Shown here piece after piece: positions 13,451 to 26,769 of a DNA stretch of 55,778 nucleotides. The notes under the pieces are model-generated. The model was not told the DNA's origin. It ran no database searches and saw only the letters and a list, made by a program, of their open reading frames with translations. The stretch's first letter is position 1. Every line of letters starts with the position of its first letter. A program made the position numbers and the translations under genes. Origin of the DNA: Parasitella parasitica NRRL 2501 (lineage: Eukaryota > Fungi > Mucoromycota); NCBI GenBank assembly GCA_025201805.1, contig MU619328.1:1-55778 (forward strand), in the 5' to 3' direction.

Positions 13451-14382
13451 TTAGGCATGTCAACATGTTCTGGCCATTCATACGCTACGTTACCTATGAT
13501 GCAGAAAAACAGGACATAGTACAAACATGCAACAGGGCCCAACTTGACTGTTTCGAAAACAGCATGAAACCAATTGTACCTTTTATGTTTATGATGGTGG
13601 TGACCCTCCTCGTCATCCACCTCTACTTGGTCGTCGTCATCAATCACTACAGATGATTGGCCTGACCTCTCTCTTGCCAAATCGTTCATGACAGACGGTG
13701 TGATCTCGACCAATCTTTCGACGTATCGTCCAAAGGGCCAAAGCAAATACAGGCTTAGCTCTCTCAGCATGATGCCGTACGCACGACCGCCACACAATGA
13801 AAGGACAAGCGATACAATACAAACCACAAGGGCGAGCCACCAGCCGAAAATAGCGGCCCATAGCAAATTCCCTGGATTGAGAAAGGGAGTGTAATCGGAG
13901 GATGAAGCCGGAGACGAGTGCAATGCCTTGTTTGCTTTACGAACTACTGAACGAGACTTTTTGTACAAAGCTGGTTTCCACAGCGGTAAGCCGAAAGGGT
14001 GCTGGGTATTCATAGCCTACAAGAGGGAAGATTGTTTAGTACTGGTATTACTGCTTTGAGATAATGTATGGCTGGTGTCCTTTACGTCTTGCTTGTCCTT
14101 TAGTGTGATTTCATGATCAAGACTAGTAGCCGACATCCTATCGCTCAAATGATAGTTGCTTCCTTGATGTGTTTGGTTTCCATGGAGGTCTAACGGATCC
14201 GAGCCATCGTCCGCGTCAACGTCATCCTGGTCACTAGTATCGTCGTTTTCGTTTGGAAAGTTTCTTTCCTCTACTATGGATCCGTATTTAGATGTTGTGC
14301 GGCTTGGTCTTCTCACCCGAAAAGATGACGAATTCGAACCAGTCTTTTGCAATTTCGGCCTGTCTGATGAAGAAGGTTCCAT
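11391..14382 (-). CDS. VNX1: Vacuolar cation/H+ antiporter, VNX1/CAX family (multi-exon)
   Basis: HPFGLPLWKPALYKKSRSV, YccF-like GNLLWAAIFGWWLA, alpha repeats GAVINATFGSIIE and LVPNITEFMNAISFA, EGKSNYFKGSIL; several short GT-AG introns. Confidence 0.92.
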
Positions 14383-14621
14383 TGCCTCTTTTTTGTTTTC
14401 TTTTGTTTTTTTCTCTCTCTTTTTGTTTTAAGGAGGTGAAGGAAAAGGAAAAGAAGAACGAAACTTGAGAAACCAAAAGCATAAAATAAGAAAAACTGAC
14501 ACACAACAAACAAACCCCGTGATTTAGTGTATTTATCAATTATGATATATAGTGGCATAAGATTGGATATATATTTATTTTGCATTATCGTATGTACAAA
14601 TCTATCGAAATAACATGTGAA

Positions 14622-15581
14622 TCAGGAAGCCATCCGATGCTTTGATGGTGGAAATAGCAAAGGTGTCCGCTCCGTCTGTTCAATCAGGACCGCAATCATG
14701 GGCGTAGAAATATATGGATGTTTGTCGTCATTTGTGTCCTTGAAATCTTGCTGTACTTTGAGAATGGTATCAGTCAGCCAAAATTGCATTGCGTTCATGA
14801 TCAAAGGGAATCTGAGCTAGTCTATTAGCAAGGTAGGCGCAAGGAAGTATATAGATAGGTGCACTTACATCAGCATGACAAATACCACCTGGATTTTAGG
14901 ATCCTGTCGTGCCCAGCTTATGCATAACTCGCCTAACCAAAACAGCCACGGTGAGTTAATGACAATTTCGTATAGACAAGCCTTGGTTACAATCTGGGCC
15001 AACAGAAATACCGACATTTGGCGCATCCACGGCCAGATCATTCGGGATAGCGGTGGTGGCCCGTATTCTCCAGTCTCCCCCACGTTAAAGTTGAATTTCT
15101 CGAATGCATTCATGAGCAGTGTGAACCAAACCCATAGTAGCACAATCCCAAACGTAGTGTCAATTCCTACATTTAGGAAATACCACACGCATAAATTGGT
15201 AGTCGGCCCGGAAGTTGGCTTGGATGCATAATAGCTTATGGCAATGTTGATGAAATGTATCATGCCAGCGCCAAAGAATTGTTTACTGACGTCCAAGGCC
15301 CTAATATAGATTGTCAATTAAAAAAAAAAAAAAAAAAAAAAAAACACTGCTAGAATTTGTAACTATAGTTACTACCATATTTGCAAGGGACGCTGTGGTG
15401 TTTCTTTGGATCGCTTGTATATCAGTGTTAGCAGTGCTGTAAATGCCAGTAGAAATTGAATCAGAATGCCAAAGCCATCCAGCAGTTGGCAACTCTTTTC
15501 ATCTTGTTTTAGCAGGTCTAATTGGTGCGATTGATGAACAAATAACATCATAATTATAACTAATAGCAAGAAAAGGTTCAT
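14622..15581 (-). CDS. STIMATE/TMEM110 (YPL162C-like) vacuolar membrane protein
   Basis: CQLLDGFG..Q, KRSKETPQRPLQIWALDVSKQ, CVWYFLNVGIDTTFG, GEYGPPP, FPLIMNAMQFWLTDTILK; two introns. Confidence 0.88.
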
Positions 15582-15615
15582 ATTTGTGTATGTATAATTT
15601 AAAATTAAGGAGACG

Positions 15616-15618
<3 letters not shown>

Positions 15619-15648
<30 letters not shown>
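15619..15648. repeat. (AG)n microsatellite
   Basis: Uninterrupted AG dinucleotide run just upstream of the STIMATE-like gene. Confidence 0.9.
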
Positions 15649-15654
<6 letters not shown>

Positions 15655-15790
15655 AAAAGGAAATCCGTTTCGTATTGTATACACACAATAGATAACATCA
15701 TACATTTTATACTGTACAAGTATCCCAATACGTCACATTATGATTACCACACCACACCCCTCCCTATTTATTAATATGTTTGTTTGCAGA

Positions 15791-17256
15791 CTAAACAAAT
15801 ACAACGTCTGAAGATCGTTTGGAAGACGAAGTTGTGGGTGGTGTTTCCGCAAGGGGCACATGTTCATTTTTACCACTGTGCTCGAAAATAGACAATTTGG
15901 ACAGACTAAAGTCGTCAAACGCAGACGATGTCGATCGAGTCGAATCGGTATAATCGCCCTCCTCCTCTTCCTCGGACGCTTCCTCCTTTACTGCCTCTAA
16001 TAGACTGTCTCGAGGGGTGGGTGTGTATTCTCTTGTGCCATAATAAGCTTGGACTTGATGAACAGATCCACCAATAGCAGAATAACAAAAATCAGCAAAC
16101 ACACCATCTGCTCTCTTCAAGGCTTCCTTGTCCTTGACCACTTCACGCACACAGAACCAGTCGTGCACGAAATCCTCAATGACCGTCTGCCAAGCAACGC
16201 CGTCTTGCTCTGCTTTCATTGCCAACTGCACAGCGTCATCACGCAATACTTCGTGATTGCCAATGTACATCAAGACTTGCGGCGACATGAATGCTTTGAA
16301 TCCTGTCTCAAGCTTTGCAATACCCAGTACCTGCTGCTGTGGCTCCTGGCCTGTTTTCACTACTCCTAAGTAGTCCTTTTTGATCACTTTTGCTGTGTAT
16401 TGTGTTATATAATCGTATTTTTGATTCTGTTTCCATGACTCCGACGTTGTTTCGTCTGTGACCAAGGGAGAAATAAGGATCGTACCCGCCGGCCTAGGCA
16501 ATTCGACGAGGACAGCTTCAGCTGAGGGATCGTCTTCTTCTGTCACAATCTCAAACATGCTGGGGTCGTGCGTAATGAACAGCATTTCCAGTGACAATGC
16601 AGCGCCCGCACTGTCACCTACGACGATCACTTTTTCGCTGTTGATTCCTAGTTTCTGGATGAGGTGCTCATAAGCACGGACTACATCTTCCACAGGGCTC
16701 GGATATTTGTATTCGGGTGCCAACCTATTGTGCATGATAATTTGCTTAGTGCAAATTTCCAGGACCAAAAGATGCAAAATAGCTTTTTTTTTTTTTACCT
16801 GTAATCAATTGACATGATGAGCGCATTTAAATTGTACTTTTCTTTCAGGACTTGGATCCAGGCAATGTTTGTGTCCATGTACATTGTGCAACTGCCTATA
16901 CGGAAGCCACCGCCTTTAGTTTAAAAATTGCCATTAATATACGACACATCCAGCACACGGCAAGACAACATACCATGCACATAAAACAAAATGATATCCG
17001 CCTCGTAGATCCTCTGCAAAAGAGCTTGCTCATCCAGTTTTTCGACATTCTCGCCAATCCAGCAGCCAGACCAGTCTTGATTTTGATGAGGATTCAGTTT
17101 CACTCGATGTATCCAGGGCAAATGACACTTTCTTGCTCTTGTAACGTCGTTTAAAATAAGTCTTGCTGCCGGCGCAGGTAATGAAAATACCTTGCGTAGC
17201 AGTTTAATTACTGCTGTAGGCGGCAGTTTGCGAAGTTTGGCTCTGATGCTATTCAT
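15791..17256 (-). CDS. Alpha/beta hydrolase, HSL/SAY1-like esterase
   Basis: FYVHG|GGF oxyanion motif split by an intron, YRLAPEYKYP, nucleophile GDSAG, EVLRDD, VHDW. Confidence 0.9.
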
Positions 17257-19738
17257 TTGCTAGCGAGAGAGAGAGAGAGAGTGGGAGAGGAAAAAGGAGG
17301 GAAGACGTTGTCACCCATTCGTTTATATTGTGTACACCAGAAGGTGGTGATACAAGATCTAAATAAAAGCTCCAGTTGTGCGTGTGTGTGCATTTCATGT
17401 GAAATAAGCTGTTCATTTTCTCATGCAATTTTGGCAAAAGCTGATCTGTCATACGGCGAATGATGAATTGCAGTTTGGGCAAGCTGGCAAAGTCTGTTCA
17501 GGCATTTTAGAGATAGAAATCCATTTGACGTACATACACACACACATCTCGCGCACAGGCGAATTTATTCATCCATAACAAAGGGAAAAAAAAAGAAATC
17601 AAGAACGTGATCAAACAAAATGTGCCGTCGAATTGATATTTTTTTTAATATAAATGTGGATGTGGTATGTGCGTGAAAGAGAGCTTCAAAAGAAAAAGGA
17701 AACAAGAGAATACGTGTGGGTATTGTAATGCGAATTTTGCTGCTGTGTGGCCGTATAAATGAGTATAATATACAATTAGTTTTTCGTCTACAACAATATA
17801 AAGGCAGGGCGTTTTATTGTCCTATGGGCAAGGTAATTTTCCAATTCCACCAGCCCTCTCCTTGCCCAAAAGTTGCATTCGAGTCTTGTCGAACGTCAAA
17901 CAGTCGATTTTGCTGTAAATCTATCCAACATCGGCCTTGGCCCCAGTAACATGTTGATGAAAACAATGCTATTAGTAATAGTGTGCAGTAGATGCTATTT
18001 GCGGATGTCTTTAGTTGTCTCCCTCTCTAGTATTTTCATAAATACAAAATCAAATTACCATGGCTTCTGATGAAGGAAAAATGATATCAAGAATAAAATC
18101 ACAAAGATGGGTGGTGCGTCGGGAAATGGCAATAAAAGTAAAGGAACAAAATAACGCATGCAATACATATTATCGATATTAAAAAATTTATAAAGAAGAA
18201 AAGATAATTAAAGAAAAAAAAAAAAAAAAAAAAAAAAAAAGGTGTTGGTGATGGTGTAGCTCTTTTTAAATACCAGATTCGCTTTAAATGAATATGAACG
18301 CCCATCATCAAAGGGCTCATCCAATTGATTTATAATCTCCAAATGCTATATATTTGTGCACTACTTTCATTTTGCTATAATCTTTGCTCATTACAGTATT
18401 TCTAACTAGGATTTTGGACAAATATAGGTTTGTTTACTTTTTTTTTTGGGATGAATGAAAATGGAATCAGACAAGAAAAAATTAGCTTTGGGATCAAAAG
18501 AGGCGTATGTCTAGATTTGTCTGCAATTATGGCAATCTATAAGAAAACTTTGTTTGCTAAAACGACATCATTTTGCTGTTAACTTTTGTGGTAGGCTTCA
18601 GGTTTACCAAGGTTTGCAAACATGATTTACCTTGATTGCCTCGTTTTGATATCTCGCTGGTGGCACCAGGGGGGAGGAGGTTTTCGAGTTCAATGCCGTT
18701 TTGGGAAAATTTGTCCATTATGAAATTTTTCAGCTCCCTATTCGACTTGTATCTCTAAAACTTGGCTTGATAAAAAAGAATATTTAATGTATTTATAACG
18801 CCAAATTTCCTGCTCTTTCTAATGGTGCTAATTACATAATAACATATACAAAAATCGTTGATTTATAGTGCAAAAAGCAAAATGCGATTTTGTTCTGACG
18901 GTCAAAAAATTCTATTGAGAAATGTCTTTCCACAAAGATGGCATGCGGCTTTAACTACTGATTCTAAGCGGATTTTGTCAGAAAATAAATGAATTTGAGA
19001 GTTATCTGGTAGTAAACATACTTCTGAACTGATGGCTTGAGTATGTGGAATCGAGACGCTGCTTGTCAGTGCTACCACTAATCAAGTCTGCTCATCTTTG
19101 GCTATTTAGTCTTATATATAAGCCTTTTCTCTCCCATTTCTCAAAGAAAATGGATTGTATGGTCTAATATGTGGCAGCCAAGCTATCTTTCTTTCAAACG
19201 CTGTTTATATTTATTGCAATATCCAATTTGTAGCAAAACCCTTTGAAAACCGTCGTTTTATGATGGATCGCTTTATCTTTTTCCATGACCTGAAATTATC
19301 TAGAAGAATTCCAATAAATTATGTAGATGTACATGTGTACCTGATAACTTGGAATCGGGTTTCTTATAATGTAGTTCATCTTTCGAAAAAGCATGATTTA
19401 ACAACCTTTTTTGAACGTTCAGTGGCAGGCTCCTCTGCTAGCGGACCATCGCTGTTTGTTCCTTTTTCAATCCAGTGATTTAGGCATATTTATAGATTTT
19501 GAACATGTTTTTTGCATTATGATTCTGTAAAAAAGGATATCTTTATTATTGCCTATAAGCTGCAAGAAAGAAGAAAAAAAAAAATAGAAAGAGATTAGCG
19601 GGATATAATGGATAGGTACGTTTGCCCTGAGCAGGAAAGCGGTATACAATCAGACAAGAGATTTGCTTTACGGAATAAACACGGTGATAGCAATAGAAAC
19701 CGCTATCCACATATTTATCTTTATCCAACGCATGCACA

Positions 19739-20670
19739 CTAGTCAAAAAACTCCTCAACTACACCAGGTCTGGCTACAAGTAATACAGGCGATGATCTTT
19801 CTGGAGACTTGGTGTCTTCTGAATCCGGCAGACGACTGATTTTCAGCAACTCTAAAAGGTCCTGATTCTCCTTTTTCAGCTGTGATATTTGCTGTTCATG
19901 TACATCGATAGATTCGTGTTTGTATACATCTCGTAATGATTTCGATAGCTGTCGAAGTTGTGTTTGTAGCATCGTATTTTCGATGAATAATGCAGCCGTC
20001 GTTCCCTTATAAAATCATCCACATGTTAACACTTTTTTTGAGGAACCCCCTTGATCCTTTGGTACCTTTTCTGCGTTCAACAATGCTTCGTATTCCCTTC
20101 GAAGTCTGATCTGCCCTTCTGTTGTCGCATTCTAACAATCAATTGGTCGATCGAATATTAGGCTTTGTTAACGGTATCGTAAACAAGATACTCTACCGCA
20201 TGTGTTCGGAATTTGCTTGTAATCATCTCTATTCCTGATTCATATTCCTTGACAAGGCCTTGTAGCTCATTTACTTCTTTTTCCAAATGCTGGTTTTTTT
20301 GCAGCGCGGCTTGCTGATCTGACAAAGCCCTTTCTAATCGATTCTTCAAGTCTTCCAAGACCTGATCTCGCTGTTCAGGTAATAAAGGATTAGGGATAAG
20401 AACTTCCAGATCTATAAAATAGATTATCAGTAGATTTCGATTTGTCTTGTCCGGCTGTTACCATCGCTGGAAGATTGTACGGCAGCTTTTGTCTATAGCA
20501 ATAAAAAAAAAAGAAAAAGGTTGAGTGGAAAGCGTGTTTTCGAATGGCCGTATTACCTTCAAGTCGGCCAGTTGGCCGTTTAATGTAGATGCCAGATCTT
20601 GATTACTTTGTTGTTGCGATACCAACTCGTTGGTCAACTTGTATATCTTTTGTATAATCTCTTCTTCCAT
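19739..20670 (-). CDS. Coiled-coil protein, SIKE/FGFR1OP2-like (putative STRIPAK subunit)
   Basis: Five exons with GT-AG introns; EYESGIEMITSKFR resembles the SIKE-family LELIMSKYR motif; LKKENQDLLELLKIS resembles the C-terminal ENxxLRELLxIS motif. Confidence 0.7.
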
Positions 20671-21570
20671 TTGTATGATTTATAAGAGTAAAAAGCAAAT
20701 TATTTTATTCAAATAGCTGGATGGCTTTCTCAGCGCTAGCGAGTGCAAGCTAGAAGCACTACCTCTCCTTTTTTGCTAGCAGAACGACTTGCGGCATTAG
20801 AACGCGGGTGGGGATATAACGTAATATCTTTCAGATGGCGGCTTTGTAAGACTCTTGAAATACCCTAAATGGAACTGTTGCTGCTGGAGTGAAGGCAAAA
20901 TCGATGATTTCTGGATATGTGCAAGAGGCTCACATAAGACCTTGATACTACACATTGCGTAATAAGTCATTGGTGACAAGACCTTTGGTCTGAATCTTTA
21001 AATTTATTTCAGCTTTCTAATTATTCATATGGTAGACAATTGCTTCAGATACTTAAAAGGTGTAGCTGTTGTATCTTTGAAATGTCAAAAGTATCCCATA
21101 GTAGGGACATGCAGCTTATACCATGTACCCACTTCATTGCATGTTGTAGATTTGCAATGACGTTATTTTCGTACAACAATTAGTCGGGGGTGGAAGAAAA
21201 TGTGATACATATTTTTGCATTGTTCAACATTATTGTATATAACCAAGACAATTGTTGCTAATGATACAGAAGGGACAATTTCGCAATCTGCAATTTCAAT
21301 TAGAGGCATCAGACGCAGTCGAGTCTGTCAACTAGCAACTCATCTATGAAAGCATTATGGAGGTGGGAAGAGGGAGAAATCAAGAGAGCAAAGAGTGTTT
21401 GAAATTCAATGACATCATTGTGCTGTCGTTTCGTTTCTTTTTTCTTTGATAAATTAACAGGCTTCCTCTTCTTTCATTCCCTTTTTCATTTTCACTTTTC
21501 CTTTCTTCAAAACATGTAAGTATTCTGAATTATTTCCAGTTTTCGCTCGATTAACATTGTGCAAAAGTCA

Positions 21571-23353
21571 ATGGATAAAAGCGATTTCCCCAAGCTTGAT
21601 GAATCTGTGGTTACTCCCAGCATCGAAAAGTCGACATTGAGTTCGTCGTGGGCTGAAGTAGCTGACTCTAACAATACAGGCAACGTGTCTACGACAGTTG
21701 AGCAAGAGGCCCCCACTTCCAAGGTGGATCACAGACCCGGTGCATGGGAGGCTACAAAAGAAGACGCTACATTTGCTGACATTGCAGGCCATGAAAAGAA
21801 ACAAGCCGAGGTATTCCCCACTCCTCAAGAAAGCCTCAAGAAGACTGATACAGAATCCCTGCCTCAATCTGGCGGCGTAGGCGACCTTTTGACGAATAGC
21901 ACATCCGAAACAAACGAAAAAGGTAAGAGGACGCAAGGAAAAAGGGTTATCTGCAGTGACATATATACTCAGCGTTTCATCGTTGTAGACAAAGCACAAC
22001 TGCCCAACCCAGATAGATCATATGCAGCTGTAACATCCCACGAGGGCTTTCCCACTCCGGAACCGGATATTTCCGCTTCTCAAAACTCGGATCAGCCTCC
22101 ATTATCAAACTTACCTGATGTCAAGGACATGTTAAAGCAACCCTCCGTACATGTTCCTCCTGTTCCTCCCGCCCAAAGTTTCGCCAAGATAGCAGCAAAG
22201 GAGGTTCCCCCCGAAGATAAGCCTTTGAGTGAGCGTGCTCAGCTTATTACCAAGAACCAGCCCAAGGAAGAACCTATGGCCATGACTGAAGAGAATTTCC
22301 CTACTTTGGAGCAATCCAACTTGATGTTTGATGAAAAGGCTTCTATAGAAGATAAGGCAGTTTATTCCGAGATTTCTAGATTCCACCAACTTGGTGAAGA
22401 TGAAGCCAAGGAGCGTCAAGGTAAGCATATGGTTGTCGAGATGGCGGGCTGGAAAACTTGTAAATCTCATCTGGTCCATTTTAACCAGATCATAATTTGA
22501 AAAAATCCTTTGCCGATATTACTAGCTCCAATTTGGACGAGGTACCTCCTTCGGCTGTCCCTCATGTGGATCAGCACCCTGTCTATGACGAAGAAACTGT
22601 TTATTTGGAGTCCACCAAGAGAGAACAGAGGAAGAATCTCCAAGTGGCACATGGAAACAACGAGCAATTGATCGAGGAAGAAGGTAAGAATTGAATGGCT
22701 GATAAAATAGAGTAATGGCCTAAGACCAGGTCGTGAATTTGTAGAGCTGAAAGAGGTTGAGCCTACCAAGGAACAGAAGGAGCAAGAGAAGAAGAATGAG
22801 CAGGTGTATAGAAAGAGTCGAGAGGTTGTCTCTGGCCAACATGGACAAGCAGACGCACTGGCTGTACGTCTTGGCATATTCGATAGTAGTCAAACCGGTC
22901 GAATCACTATCTTCCACACTATGTCTGCTCTATATAAACTTGGATATTCATGGCTTTCTATTATTCCTGGAGCGTTCCTGATGCATCTGCGCCTTTCACC
23001 GTTGACATCTCCTCACAGATTTCCATTCATTTACAGATCACCTCTTGATCTCATCCTGCTTCCTATTTATACAAACAACTTGAACGCTGCTCTAAGTTAC
23101 AAGACTCCTATGTTACACCTGCCCAAAGAAAAAGTTAAAAAGATGGTCGAAACCTATGGTCACAAAAATGGCCTTGGCTACTGGGATGGTATCAAGGCTA
23201 TGCGTAGTTTAGAGAAGGACAGTTTAAGGTGGTGGCAGTTGAGTTTGTGGGCAATTCACAGGATCCAATGGACATTGGCTTACACCATGTTACATGAGCC
23301 TAAAACCAATGTTGTCGCTGAGCCAACTCTTATCTCTCTTGCCTCTCAAGATT
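21571..23353 (+). CDS. Disordered motif-repeat N-terminus fused to degenerate caleosin-like domain; 3' end lost in N gap
   Basis: Introns near 21923..21988, 22421..22488 and 22684..22745 join three ORFs; C-terminal GIFDSSQTGRITIFHT...LGYS...LSPLTSP...LPIYTNNL...IQWTLAY follows the caleosin layout. Confidence 0.72.
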
Positions 23354-24449
23354 NNNNNNNNNNNNNNNNNNNNNNNNNNNNNNAAAAAAAAAAAAAAAAA
23401 AAAAATACATTTGATCTCTTAAAAATATTGTTAATTTAAACATCTGACTTTTTTAAAATGATTAGGGAGTTAGTAAGTTACAAGTTGGCAAAGTTAGTAC
23501 ACTTAAAAAGCAAAAATCACTGCTTAAATAAGAAGATGCGATACCGTCACATCTGCTTTAGACAATATTAAACGTTTAGGGCGAGGCAGAAACGATAACA
23601 TATTATTGTCATCTTGAAGGGGATTTATATTAGAAACTGCCCTCATTGAATAGAATGGATGAGAGTGCGATATTGCAATTTTAAAATTTGTCAAATAAAT
23701 ATATATTCATAAATAAGCCTTAGATCCAGTAGTTGCTAGATGTACATATTGCGGAAGAGAGGGTCAAAGAAGAAGAACTCACGATGATTGTCCTATCGGC
23801 CCACGAAAAATAATCAACATGTTTCATGATACTTGAAAATTTAGTACATTAAAAATAATGAATACATCGTTCTGTAGTCGATGTTACATGTTTACTATAT
23901 AATAGAGTATATGGCGACATTTAGCCTTAGATCCGATCAGGAACGGTTGTCATGACAACTGAATTGAAATACTACGATAACCATGGATACAACGCTAATA
24001 TGCGAAACATTCCATGATTATTTCTAGAATAGCCGGTAATATTCATTGAATTCTCTCAGGAACAGTTGCCATAAACAATCGAGTGCAAACTATGGAATTC
24101 TACGGATACAATCTACAATTGATAATGCCGTTTTTGGAGGTGAGTTTAATTGAAAAGCAAGTATCATGAAGGGCTCATCCTTTTTTTTAAAAGAGACATA
24201 TAAAAGTTTGCGTTTGATATTACTTGATTTTATTTCAAATGATACCATGCCTCGATCAAGAAGAAATTCAGTTGTCTGGTGGTAGAAGAGGCGGACGAGA
24301 CGCAATAAATCCAAATGCAGGCAGACGTCCTCAAAATAAGGCATGAAAGAGCTCTCAGAATCATACAATTTTGCTATTGCATTTCGGTGCTTGTACTAGT
24401 AGTTCCGGAAGCAATAGGAATACTGATGACAGCTTGATGAATCCAAACA

Positions 24450-25900
24450 ACTCTTCCGATGTTGCAGAGATTCAGCCCAATGACTTTGTCGAGAAAAATG
24501 ACTCCTCTGATGAAGCAATGTGAGATATCGAAGAGGTATATCATTAATCAAAATAAACCTTAAATAATATATGACGATCTCAAACTTCTATCTTAATAGA
24601 TACAAGTTGACAGCGATCAGTCTTTCGGAATTAAACACATACGGCATTGGCATTGAGTACAATAGATCCGAACAAGAAGTTGACGTTGATGGCGGTATTT
24701 TCGACAGAATTGAAGGCGATATTGCAATCAGTGCTGACTCGTCGTATATTAGTGAATACCTGAAATCAATAAAGACAAATTCGGACGGAATGAAATGCCC
24801 TAGACCTACAAGGATGGTACATTCTGGTATTCAAATCAAGCTGCCTTCTTCAACTTGAAGAAGGATGTAAACACTGATTAAAGAAACCTAATTCAGCCCA
24901 TGGGTTTCTAATGGTTTCCTCGTTATCTATTCTATCCTCTCCCATGTATTTCATCCCCTTCATTCCAAAAAACACCTCGTATGGCTAAACCGTCAAGATG
25001 ATAACACCACATTATGCGAGCCAGACACAACGATGGTGAGGTTACCACAAAAAGCCGAAAACGTAACATTAAGTTATGTTGAAGTGAAGCCATTATACGT
25101 TCAATCCGATATAGAATTACCATTTATGGACTTGGGTTTGCTTGAGTGCCTTTGCTCGCTCTCTTATGTTGAGAAAATCAAATCGAAAGGTACTTGTGGT
25201 CCAATGTGTTGGCTATACGATAATTTTTTCACTTGGTATCCGAGCATTCCGATGGCATCACAGGGATGGCTGAAACACTAACCATTGAAGTCCCAAAAGA
25301 AATTTCAGAAATTGGCAGCCTTTTGCAAAAGGATAGGCTATTTGAAAAAACAATTCTTAGGAGGAAACCCATATTTCACAATTGAAAACTGTGAACTTAT
25401 TGACACTAGCTCTATTGAAAATATAAATGATCTAAAAGCACAACCTACCCATTCCATCTCTTTTTACAAAAACATTTCTTCAATTTTTTTTTTATTTAAT
25501 TAACAATTAGGATTGGTAAGTATCAATAGAACTAGCTTACACCAACAAATATTAACATTGCAATAAAGTTGGTTCAAATTTTAGTAACTGAAAAATCTTG
25601 ATCAAGAATACATCTAAAATGAGAGAGTTCTCAAATCAAAACGGACAAGATTTACTAGCCGTAATGTACCTACGGATACAATAGAATTGATTTGGGTCTT
25701 GCCATAATATCATAAAGAATGTAGTGTTGAGTCTTGAAGTTACGCAGCAATCGAGATTTTTAAAATCATAACATTTAAGACGTTGTTCATTCCCAAAGTG
25801 TTTTGACGTCTCAACCAGTGACAAATAAGAAAACGCAAAATTGAAAAAAAAAAAGGAAACCGCTATATGTCTAAGCTAATTTCAAGTCGATCATATGCAA
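24450..25900 (+). pseudogene. Fragmented coding-like remnant of unknown, probably repeat-derived, family
   Basis: Run of short same-strand ORFs (24571, 25033, 25285) with protein-like composition broken by stops and frameshifts; no family recognised. Confidence 0.3.
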
Positions 25901-26769
25901 AATACTTTATCAAGATTAGTTCAAATACTTTGAAAACTCGAAGATTGTTTGTAAATACAGAATATCAATAAATGGGCCATAAACACCCTTTATCACAAAT
26001 ATAAATGAAAAAAATCATCATTTATTGTTCTTGTCGTCAACAGGTACACAAAGAGTTCAAAAGTTGTGGATGACTTAAAATTGGTATATACCGCTATATG
26101 CTCTATATCAATCTAACAGCCTTATAAGGATCAAGGCCCAGTGGCTCTTTCCCTTGATTTTCTTTCCGGCGGATAATATTTGAGTTTATTTAAAAGTTTC
26201 CAAGGAAAACAATGCAGCTTATCTAATACATTTGTCCAAGAAAGCCAAGAATATTACAACACATCATGCATAAATTTATTCATAATTGTACGATATTCTT
26301 CTTCTAGAATAAGCAAGCGTTGTAAATATTGGTAAAAACTGGTATCGATCAATTTTTTTCAAGTCAGTAAGCTTACTGCCAAATTGGATACGAGAATATT
26401 TTGACATTAGACTCAAGGTTGAGGTACCCAAAAAAAAAAAAAGACTGTAGATTATATTTACGCTTTGACAGAGGCGACTGGAAGAAAAGCTGATGAGCAT
26501 TATAATATGTTGTAGTCTGTACCCTACTACCAGAATTGTAAAACGATATAGAGATGCTGCCATTATTCAACCACAAATCGTCTAGGAAACATGGTCTGAT
26601 CAGGCGATTTGTATTTAAATTTTTTTTGTTTCAAATCATTTGTGTGGAAAAAGAGAAATTCTGTGTCAAATCTCAGTATTTTTTGCTTCTCGGCATAAAC
26701 TTTCCGTAGCACGTTTAACGCTGTAAAGTATATATTTAAATAGAATGCCTGCCGATAGTATGCATATAT

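Noticed and set aside
19525-19545. ATATCCTTT on minus (also near 617, and GTATCCTT at 30401) resembling U12 donors
   Set aside because: Outside coding exons, with no matching branch site and acceptor defining an intron.
23354-23383. N runs here and at 38965..38974 and 40598..40632
   Set aside because: Assembly gaps next to poly(A) tracts, not biological features.
26130-26160. atcaagg...ccttgat hairpin as a Helitron 3' end
   Set aside because: No correctly placed CTRR terminus and no Rep/helicase remnant.
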